A stretch of 63,983 nucleotides of DNA, filler included, from Trypethelium eluteriae (Eukaryota), in NCBI GenBank assembly GCA_051942245.1. It is 3 parts of 3 records of this genome, joined end to end, with 100 filler letters (N's around TTAATTAATTAA, not from the genome) between each part and the next. Parts side by side here need not be neighbours in the genome. Positions count along the whole stretch, not along the records: positions 1 to 21,964 come from JAVECL010000454.1; positions 22,065 to 44,018 come from JAVECL010000455.1; 1 more part is not named here. One strand, given 5' to 3'. Below the pieces are notes generated by a model, which had not been told where the DNA came from, ran no database searches, and saw only the letters and a list, made by a program, of their open reading frames with translations. Within the stretch, counting starts at the first letter, position 1, and each line of letters begins with the position of its first letter. The position numbers and the translations under genes were made by a program. This document shows, piece after piece, positions 12,256 to 22,330 of the stretch.

Positions 12256-14515
12256 ATGGAGTCTTCTCAGCAAATACTCTTTTCTATGCATCCCTCTACA
12301 CAGGAAGCTGAGCAGCAACCGTGGATGTCGGACCTGAATGACTTTGGCAACATGAATCTTCCTATTCAAGGCACGTCCCAGGACGCCTTCGCGAAGGCTA
12401 GCTACACTACCATCAATCCATCTTTCAATTCCAACGTGACAACACCGACCATATATGGGAATTACTCAGACATTCTTGGAACAGCGAGGAGCTCTTCAGT
12501 CCAGTTGATTCCAGATGTTGCCTTCTCGTCGGTCGGGCACGCTACTCATAACTATACGGGGACTGACTCGCAACTACTTGTGCTACCTGGTGGCTATCCG
12601 CAACCATCATTGGCTCCAGGCTATTCACACTTAGGCCGAGTCAATCCGCAGGATAGCCTCATATCAGCTACCTATCCCAACACCCTGTCGCACACTGTCG
12701 CAACCCAAAATGTCGTCACACAGCCTTCAGTCGTTGGGACAGGCTACTCAATCTCAGACAATGGCGCTTCCCAAGAAAGCCTTATGCCAACTGGATATGC
12801 CGACTCTTTTGCCCACCACACGACACCCAAAATTGATAATGATCACTTCAGCGGTAAGTAAATCCAATCTATCTCTCGCTAGTCATGCTGATTTTCCAAT
12901 AGAAGTAAAAGCCATCGACGTCCTTGCCAGTCAGTCTGGGTCATGTTTCGAGGGTAACAGTGCTCAAACGCACAATACCTCGGACAGCCCCGCAATCACC
13001 TCGGACAAATCACGAGATGATAGATCCGACGCATTCTCTAGTCTGCATATTCCTCCAGAGGCTGACCACGGCCTAATTGATAAAGCTCTGGAGGACGTAC
13101 CGCCATTGCGAATTCCGAAACCTAAGTCGCGTAAGCGCAATAGAAATGCGAGAAATCGCAGATCCACTTTGAATACCACAGCAGCTAATCGCGATTACCC
13201 AACGCCGGAGGGTATCACGCCAGGCTCGGATAAGCCGCTGCCTGTGGAGTTCGGTTTCCTGGAATTTGACCGCAGCCCCGAGGCTTATCCGAAGATTAAG
13301 GATGCAGTCCTGGACGTCAACGGGAATGTTATTATTGGAAATAGTGGTGATCCATTGCGACACATTTTGGGTCGCAACGGTCAACCGGTCTTACCCAACG
13401 AGATCTCGAGGGCAGACCTTTTGAACGGCAGGAACCCCTATTACTGGCAAGCAAGTCATCCGTTGCTACGCCAGAAGGACATCTTTGATCGGGTGACAGA
13501 CTATGCTCCGTCTGAAATTGGTAAGCAAGGCAGGGTCAACGCACTTGCGAATGTCCGCAATCGCTGGCGCGCTAAGTACGGTGGACTGGATTTCATCCCC
13601 AAGACGATTCCCGAAGACAAGAAGTCGTTCAGTAAATGGGATCTACAACGTGTCGATTCTCTGTCAAGCGAGCAGATCAGACTAGGCATTGTCTGGGAGA
13701 TCTGCCCTGACCGAGACAATACCATGCGCGACCCATTCAGCGGCACGACATACAAAATTCCTCAACGAAAACCGAGTCCCCGTGTTCCATTGCTCCTGAA
13801 GCGTCTGACGTACCTCAAGGATAAGGCTGCGGCTCTTGGTCTTCCCTCATGGGAGAGGGCAAAAAGCTTGGAAATCTTGAACAACTCACGTTTTATGGTG
13901 GCCCGAGCGAATCGACAAAAGCAGGACAACCAGTCCTTCAATGGATCCAATGTCTTCATTCACGGCAGCGAGAACGCTGGTGACCTTCCCGAAGTGACCG
14001 GACAAGATGGCAAATCGGATCCAGATTCAAACGAGATTTACACACAGGAGCAGGGCACCCATCAACTGCTCGCTCAATTGGATGGTACTCCACCTTCGAC
14101 TGAAATTACTCAAATTTCGGCTGAAGATAGTTCTCTTGCTCTACTTGATGGATTTGAATCGAATTTCGTAGCTCAGGAACATAGCTCGCTCCTCCCGACC
14201 CAGGACGGCGTGCCAGCGATTTCACCTGTGGCAGGCCCCTCTCAGTCGAAGAAGCGCAAATCTCTACATGACGACGACGATGACGAAGACAATGGAGTCG
14301 CTTCAGACGTAGCCGATCGACCGACAAAGCGCGCTGCTATTGAAGGGTCTTCCGGCGATTTCTTCAACATGACTGCTAACCAAATCGCCTCCCTTTCCCT
14401 ACCCGTCAGCACGACAGCTCAGAGCATTGCTTATGGACCTTCTGATACGTCTATTCAGGACCCCTGGGGCTTGGGCGCGACTTCTGAGGATGGTATCAAT
14501 TTGAATTGGCTCTAA
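12256..14515 (+). CDS. Orphan protein, island paralogue 2; exons 12256-12854 and 12903-14515
   Basis: GTAAGT..CTGAT..TAG intron joins the 12196 and 12710 ORFs in frame (G|AA GTA AAA); shared domain at about 13307-13735; basic NLS-like clusters KPKSRKRNR and KKRK..KR. Confidence 0.78.
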
Positions 14516-15046
14516 GATTACCTTCTGCTTGCCTGGTTTGTTGGCGAAATGATTCGGTGGGAAATTTCCTTTGCAAGGCTTTTCTGTATCTTTATGCTTG
14601 AGCATATTATTGACAGGACAATCAGGCCCAGTTGATGGTTGGGAGGAAGGCTTTGTGTTTGTGGCCTCAAAATTTGCCAGTAATGCACTGCTATCGAAAA
14701 CTGTAGATGGCAACCTCTCAGCAGATAGTATTTGTGCAACCACGATGATTGATTCAAACATTCTTAGGCTATGACACCAAAGTAATAGCTTAATTCATTC
14801 GCCTGGGGTGACGAGATCTATGCAATGAGATCTTTGCTTGGGAACTCCCAGGTAATACAAAACAGAAGCAGAACTGTTATGCCCAAAGGTAGATCGTAAA
14901 TCAAATCTTTGAGATGCCTAAGCCAAAACTTTGGACAGGGGTCATCCTAATCGTGTACAGAAGAAATAGCGCTATACTTTAATTCATTTGATCCTCTCCA
15001 TACACCTAACTCGTTTGGTGGTAATACAATTATAGGGCTTTAGTCG

Positions 15047-15282
15047 CCCGACACTCCCGCCGTTTCTCACCAAAACTTGACTACTTCAATTTATTTTTTG
15101 TTCAATACTCTAGGAGACAATATTTTATATTTTTTAATAAAATTAAAATTAAAAACCATAAGAATACATTAAAAGAAGAATAAAAACATTCTCTTTAATT
15201 TTGTTGATTTGAGGATTGATAAAAGTTTAGTGATTTTACGCTTACCTATTTTTGGTGAGGTGTGGGGATTTTCTGTGTCGGG
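15047..15282. mobile_element. Very AT-rich segment bounded by imperfect inverted repeats (possible MITE or RIP-degraded TE relic)
   Basis: CCCGACAC..CTCACCAAAA (15047-15075) versus TTTTGGTGAG..GTGTCGGG (15250-15282); core is nearly all A/T; no clear target-site duplication. Confidence 0.4.
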
Positions 15283-15293
15283 AAACTTGACCA

Positions 15294-17167
15294 CTAGTAC
15301 TGTACATCAGGCATCTGCGCTATCTCCTTTAGCAACACGTTTGCGAGGATACTCGATACCGTCTTTGCCTTGAGATTCATAAAGGGAACGAGAACTCGCT
15401 CAAGCGAGCTACTCGGACCTTCGTTAGCTTCCATAGCTGCTGAAATTCTCGGAAAGAGATTTTGCCAGGATATTCGAGACTCTTGTACGAATTCTGTTTG
15501 ATGCGATGTCATAGGTGTGATCAAGCCAAGAAACAACCCTTCCGCTCGGTTCGAGCTGTTATCATTGGAACTATCGAACGGGTTGTATTCCCTCCAGCTG
15601 AAATCAAAATCAGTATGGTAAACCGAATGCTTTTTCTCGTAAGAGCAGGCCGAAGCCTTGTCCTTGCCCAACTGGCTGCCTGCGAGTAGTGCCAATGCTG
15701 CTTGGATAAGCACATAGTCATCGTCTTCAGTCTCGAAGTACCTCCGAAAAGCTAGCAAGCATACACGCAGATAATGCTCGAGAGGTGTATCGCCCACTTG
15801 AGGAATCTCCATGGCAGATGTTGTATATTTGACTTGACCGACGAGTCGGCCTTTAGTGGAGATTGTCTGCGTGAACTCGATGAAGTGGAATGATGTCCGT
15901 CCGTTGCTAGCATGACAGATCCTCCATATCTGCGGTGTGTATGTCTGTTCCAGAAATCGCCAGTCGATAACCCAAGACGCCAAACTTGGGTTAGAGACCT
16001 GCATGCCTGCAAGTTCAAGGACCGCTTCAAGTTCAGATTGCTTTAGAAATGCTTTCGATAGATTAGTAAAGACAGTTGTAACCGTGGAGCCATAGTCCGG
16101 TGATGGGAAATCACGAGCATCACAAGCCAAACCGAGGATAGAGAACACAAGATCACGCTCGTCAGTAGCATGAAAGAATCTGGACAGCTTCAGAAGCTGC
16201 ATGAGCGACATTCCCTGCTCATCATCTTCATCTTGATGCCAAGTGATCATTGTCTTGATGAATTTGACGTAGCGTATATAATGTTCTTCGAGCTTGTGCT
16301 GCTCCGACTCGCTTTGGGGAGCGAGCTCATACAAAGCTTCTAAACCTGCTTCGATGATAACCTCCAATTTCAGGAACCGATGAGTATTATCTGCTGCTCA
16401 CTCTGAACTATTTCCTGAATAATCCATTTTCGCGTAAAAAGTGGACGACGCATAATGCTTGCCCAAGCCGAGCTTGCTGCAATGACATTGGGCGGAGTAC
16501 CTCCATTCGGCTCATTAGAGAGTGAACTTGACCTTGTTGAACGGTTCTGTATAGATGACAAATAGCTTGTTAAGGCATCGTCCTGCCGCGGCCACGAACT
16601 TCGATTGACAAGGTCTAGGAGACTCTTGACACTGCTATGCTCAACTTGCGGGGCATCATCGAATTCACCAATGTACAGCAACAAGTAACTAGACTGACCA
16701 TAAATGGTGGTCATGAGAAGAATCTGGGAGTTACGTTCCTCGATGTCTCTTTGATTAATACATATCTGATCAATCCAGACGCGTTGAACTCCATGACTTC
16801 GTAGCCGCTCAAGAGCCCGATATAGTGTCGCTGTAATTGAAAGTTCAAATTCATGCTTGCGCCCAATGACGGTATTCTCGACCTGAATAGCGTGGTCAAA
16901 AACTGGCGGTCCCACGAAATAAGATAAAGTTGCAAATTTCGGGCTGTCCGAGAGATCGACGACTTCTAAGGTTGTATGAAGGGGTGCGTGAAAATGATCC
17001 TCCTGCATAAATGAAAGTAGGCGGATATCCGACTGATTCTCAAGCCTTACTTGTGCATAAAGCGCACTAGATGATGTATCGGGCGGTCCGGATCGCGGTA
17101 GCCGTGAAGATTTCTGTCGACGGCTCTGCAACCTAAACAACTTCTTGAGCGAAGAAGCGGAAGGCAT
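15294..17167 (-). pseudogene. Heterokaryon-incompatibility HET-domain (HET-6-like) gene, frameshifted at about 16370 and apparently lacking the usual C-terminus
   Basis: IRLLS...FATLSY...VWIDQICINQRDIEERNSQILLMTTIY...FTRKWIIQEIV, then TGA and a frame change to ATDERDLVFSILGL...PDY...SWVIDW. Confidence 0.8.
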
Positions 17168-18350
17168 GTTTAGAGCCGTCCAGAGCATAATATGGCCGTC
17201 GGCGAAAAGTCATTTTAGGAGATTGAAACCTTTCCAACGCGTCGTAAGAGAGGAGTCGTCGGAAGAGGGTCTAGACCATGGTCTAGTGTTATCGGGGAAA
17301 TGGTGGCTAATGTGGCAATCTATCACTCCTGTGAGCCTGCAGTTGCTCTAGTCCAATTTCAGGAACCATACACACAGTTACATACTTACTTAGGCTCTAC
17401 AACCGAGAAAAAGCTGTCGCAATCTGGCACCTATGCTGTCGCCCTGCCTTCTCTCCTGTTACTGCACTCTCTTATCCTACCAACTTCAATTAGATTTGAT
17501 TGATTTAGAATAAAGAATTCTAAATTGTTAGTAGAGACATAAGAAGTTAGAGAGATCTAGAGTTTTAATCAAGAGGGCGAGATCGGAGTACCAAATTGCC
17601 ACACTAATCACTCTGCCGTAGAGTCAGGATAGAGAGTTCCCAAATTCAGGCACCATGAAGGTTGAATTGGACTGGCTTGGGCTGGCCAAGACTCAGTCAG
17701 TCTGGCTCAACCACTGTTTGGGCAGCTGATTTAGTGCTCGCGTTAAATTCTTCGTAACTTAGGCCTGTCAGTGGAAATGGACATTGTGTGAGGTTACTTT
17801 GTCCTTGAATATATCCCACTATATTCCCATACGAAATGACCTCTCCATACGCCGAACTAGATTAGTGGTGTTAACACGCTGACTCGGCAAAAATTACTGT
17901 CGGCAAAGGCGCGCGAGGTGACAGAAACCCGTGCGTGTTGACACTACCGCCAACTACGTGCAGTTTGCGCGGTCATCTTCTTCGATCTCTGTACTTGTTT
18001 AAAGATAATTATAAGTGTTGAGAGAAAACAGCCTTGATTTGGACAGCGAAGAAACCGCGTACAGCTCTAAGAAAGCCCAATGTGGGGAATGTATGTTGGC
18101 ACTGGATCCTTGTTTTTATCACTCTTCATTATTTATAAGCAAAACAAAGAACATGCATAAGGAAGCAACGGAAAATGAAGTGGAAAAGAAAGTGTTAACG
18201 TGCGGTCTTTGAATCTGGGCGGAGAAGGAAGAAAAGTAAGGGAAAAATAATTATAAAAGATAGTTAAAAGAAAAAAAAAATTATCTCCGCTCCCAGAATC
18301 CTGGCTTATTGTTAATTTGAAGCGACTTATGGAAGGCGGGGTTAAACGTA

Positions 18351-18414
18351 CGAACTAGGGACCTTTCGGTGGCAGATTGTACATTACAGCCGAACTAATT
18401 CGGTTAGTCGCCAT
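18351..18414 (-). pseudogene. Fragment of an intron-containing tRNA-Tyr(GTA) gene
   Basis: Minus strand TTCGG-CT-GTA-A-[~13-nt intron]-A-CCGAA-AGGTC-CCTAG-TTCG gives a paired anticodon stem, variable loop and start of the T arm; the 3' T stem and acceptor stem are missing. Confidence 0.65.
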
Positions 18415-18835
18415 ATTACTTCTGATTCTGAATCGCTTACCGTGATAAACCAACTACACCAAGCGGAGATATAGTATGAGGGGATTTTTTTTGTCAATAT
18501 ATAGTCATCAATATTCATCAATGGACTAAAATATGCAAACCCCTAATCTTTACAAAAGTGTCTAAACGTCTACTAATATATTAAGATAGCTTTTACATTG
18601 CATAGTTTGAGAATATTCCCTACTTCCATCAAATAATTATTATCACCTCCGTCAACACAGCCCGGCGCCCAGAGCACTCTATAAACGTCATCTACCAGCG
18701 GCATATAAGTTACCTTGGCTCCAATTATCGGCGTGATCACGGACGATGCTAATTCCAGCAACTACAGTCACTCGTTCAGGTAAAGGGTCCCAGCTTCAGG
18801 CACCATCAAGATCAGATCACGCTGACTCGGGCTAC

Positions 18836-18957
18836 GCTCATGCTAGCTCATACTGCCTCATAGCAGCTCAGGGCACGCTCAAGCCTACTCAGAATGGCTC
18901 AGCAACAGCTTAGACTGCTGACTCGGCGCTTACGTTGCACTCCTGTGTAACTCACGT
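18836..18957. repeat. Degenerate ~10.3-bp-period (G)CTCA array, copy 1
   Basis: CTCA/CTTA ends at 18840, 18850, 18860, 18870, 18881, 18891, 18901, 18912; followed by TGTGTAACTCACGT. Confidence 0.75.
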
Positions 18958-19332
18958 CTGAAAACTGAAGTAGCCATAGATGAGATTACTTTCCATGGAA
19001 GATCTTGCGAATAGAATTTGTCTATATTACAAGACTCGTATAAAGAATCGATGTCTCAGTTAAGATGCTATTACTTGATAGCGCGTGCGATATCATCTTC
19101 AGAAAGCAGAGTGGCTGTATCATTCAATCCAGATCGTTGTTATAATTTGCGCAAGCGGTCTTCTATGTGCCCTTCCGTCTTTCTCGTAGCTTCTTTTGTT
19201 GCGGTAATTCCATCTTCATAAAGAAAAAAGGTGGCTGCCTCAGATGTTATGTCCGATATGCACAGTATTTATGTTAGTCGTCCTATTTACGGCGGGCCTG
19301 CCGTACTTTTCTCTGACCCTGTGCCTGATTTA

Positions 19333-19462
19333 GCTCACGGCAGCTCGGAGCGTACTCAATGTGGCTCAGGGCGTGCTCAAGCTAGCTCAGTGTGGCTTAG
19401 TAACAGCTCCGGCTACTAACTCAGCACTCAGGCTACACTCCTATCATCTGTGTAACACACGT
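19333..19462. repeat. Degenerate ~10.4-bp-period (G)CTCA array, copy 2
   Basis: CTCN/CTTA ends at 19337, 19347, 19358, 19368, 19379, 19389, 19399, 19410; followed by TGTGTAACACACGT. Confidence 0.75.
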
Positions 19463-19992
19463 TCGAAAGCAGAAATGGAGTTTGTATGAAGGTACTTTGC
19501 CATTGAAGATTCCCCGCTATTCTCTCCTTCAGGAAACCCTGCTCTCAAGGCATTTGTTTGCTCAAATAACCATTTTCAATCTTGTTGTTGATGGTCAAAA
19601 GCCAATATTTCCGAAATTTTCACGGGAGGGGGCCTCAAGCTGCAGATTTGAAGATACTAGCTAAATCAATGCTCGGATGAAATTTGGTGACTCAGGAACT
19701 CTGCAACACATGGCCGGCTCTCTCGTATGTGCGAAAATTATAATTGCCAGCTTCCTCGAAGAGTCTCCAAAGTGACGAAGATGACGTGTGTAGAGCTTAC
19801 AGTATCTTGTAGTGAAGGGAGTGTGAACGAATCTCTCTGCGCTGTAGGCTAGTCGAAACAAGGCAAATTCTGTTTATTCAACATTGCTTGAGCCGAGAAG
19901 TAGCACGTAAAGAGCTTTTGTTTTCAAAATGTTTCGTCACTTTTCACTTCATACCACCCCAGCTTTACGCGCCAGCTTTGCCTCCAAACTTT

Positions 19993-22330
19993 ATGGAAGA
20001 CGGCTCAGTCATGTCAAACAACTCTAATAACCCACAGATTGGACCGACCCTTCAAGACCTGCTTGCTCGCTTTGCTACTGACAGCGCGGCTGCTAGCATG
20101 GACCATCGTCAGTACACAGCCACTCCTTTTGGGCCATTTATTCACAGGTACCAAGAGGAAACTGAGACAACATACGAGAGAGGGGAAGTCATGATGCCCA
20201 GAAACAGTCAAGTCCATGCCTGAACCCCTCATACTAAGTATCTGGCAGGTCTCGCCAGGAAGCAGAAACATCCCGTGCCAACATCTTCGACTTAACCCTC
20301 CAGTCTAGAGAACAACAGCAAATCCCAATTGAATTTGGCCCTCTTCACAGCGACCATCGAAACCAGTCTATTTTAGGAGCTTCTGGCGCCAACCCAAGTC
20401 AACCATTCGATATGAACTATCCTCTCAATAGAACCGCGGTGGCATCAATGCCAACGTTTAATCTCCAGGGAGCACCACCATTAACGCTCATCGATAGCAA
20501 CAGCTCCAATAGGCATGGATCATTGGAGTTGACAACCATGCTCTATCAGCCTATTGGAGTAGAGTCTTTCATGGGGGGTCCTTCATTTGAAAACGACAGC
20601 ACTTTCAGTACAGCGTATGATTCTTCCTGGGTCACAGTTTCACGAACGCCACCGTCGAGGACAATGCCCCATCAGTGGATGAGGGAAGATTATATCGTAG
20701 AAGACCCGGCATCCAGGACGGATGATCCATTCAGCACAAGCCATCCGTCATCCTGGACGACTATTTCGCAAACGCCGCCTCCTCCTCCAGCAAGAGCATC
20801 TTCTCAAGGCGACCTCCTTGACACCAACGCCTCCAACATTCACAGTCCCTTGCCTTGTGCACCAATGGGATTCAATTCAGCCTTGGGACAACCCGCCGTT
20901 GAGGAATTCATCATCCCTCCTGGACCGTTTGACTTCGCCCCCAATGCTCTCGACTCTAACCCACACCACCCGTCTGGTTCAGCACTATTGCAAAGAGAAA
21001 CAAACAATCAGCCATCGAAAGCATTTTCAGCTGAGGGTTCTGACAACAAATCTTATGATGATGATGACGATGACGGAAATCTAAATCGACCGCTCGAACT
21101 AACATCAGCAGTGCCTAGAATGAAACGACAAAAGTTTTCGCCCTTGGCTAAATCAGAATGCGAAGCTCACAGTATGTTGATTATGTTTCTCCCGGTGCTC
21201 TCATGAAGATTTCTGGCTGACTACGCCAAAGCCATTCCTTATCCTCCGATCATGGGCTTACTCGAGTATCCCAAGCCAGCCATGGGGCAATATCGCAAGC
21301 CAACGGAGCTGAAGGACAAACAGGGCAATCCCGTCACAGGAGCGCTCGGTCGCGTCCTGAAAGACTACAAAGACGAGCACGGCCAACCCATCATACCAGC
21401 CAAGATCACCGGCGAGGACCTCACTCCCGAAAACATCTCCATCTGGCGCGCCAAATCCCCCTGGATCACGAACAAAGACCTCATCGCACGGGCTTTCGAC
21501 ACCCTCACACCCGCCGAGTTCGCCCACCATGATACCCGCCTCTCGACCGCGAACGCCCGGTGGCGCGCCGAGTATGGCGGCCTGAGCGCAGGGCTCAGCC
21601 GCCGCAACGCCCTAGGCAGCCGGATCGACCTGCGCGTGCTGGACCGGCTGAGCCCTGGGCAGCTCGCGTTGGGGATCGTGTGGGACAAGGTGCCAGGGAA
21701 GATGGAGATGACGCAGCCAGGGTTCCCTGACCTGCCACACCCGATTCCGATGCCGTACCGGGAGTCGGGGTCTGTCACGGGGCTGAGGAAGAAACTGGAG
21801 GATTTGAAGAGGGAGGCGGAGAAGCACGGGGTGAACTGGGAGGTGTGGGATGCGCAGCAGAAGCGGGGGGATCCTCGTCATGCTACGAGGAAGGCGACAA
21901 TGAAGAAGAGGAGGGAGGAGAGGAGGGAGAGGAGGGAGGGGATGAGGGAGATGAGGGAGATGAGNNNNNNNNNNNNNNNNNNNNNNNNNNNNNNNNNNNN
22001 NNNNNNNNTTAATTAATTAANNNNNNNNNNNNNNNNNNNNNNNNNNNNNNNNNNNNNNNNNNNNCGGTGGGGTGGGAGGTGAGGATTCAGCGGTTGAAGG
22101 AGGGGATTAGTAAGATGAAGATTGATGAGAATGAGGCGCAGATTCGGAGGGTGAGGGAGACGATGGATGAGGTGTATAATGAGGGGTTGAAGGAGAAGAT
22201 GGTGAGGGATCAGAATGAGTTTGAGGAGATGTTGGAGCAGGATGCCATGGAGTATGTGGAGACGAATAGGGAGGTCGCGCGACGGGCTAGGGAAAGTGTG
22301 CAACGGGATATTGACGCAAATAAGGCGTAG
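19993..22330 (+). CDS. Orphan protein, island paralogue 3; probable introns 20148-20248 and 21172-21231; interrupted by an assembly gap, with an acidic coiled-coil tail probably at 22067-22330
   Basis: GTATGT..CTGAC..AAG intron joins the 20412 and 21252 ORFs in frame; shared domain at about 21310-21720; KRQK NLS-like motif. The first exon and the post-gap tail are less certain. Confidence 0.7.
21965..22064. other. Assembly gap or contig linker (N-run with TTAATTAATTAA, stops in all frames)
   Basis: 100-nt N block with a central palindromic linker, identical in design to 44019-44118. Confidence 0.95.

Noticed and set aside
17271..17286. Perfect 16-bp palindrome CTAGACCATGGTCTAG upstream of HET
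   Set aside because: About one such palindrome is expected by chance in 64 kb; no other support.
18836..19462. CRISPR-like reading of the repeat-spacer arrays
   Set aside because: Cores are 4-5 nt and spacers 5-6 nt, there are no cas genes and the context is fungal.
22009..22020. Palindromic TTAATTAATTAA inside N-runs (also 44063-44074)
   Set aside because: Artificial all-frame-stop contig linker, not biology.
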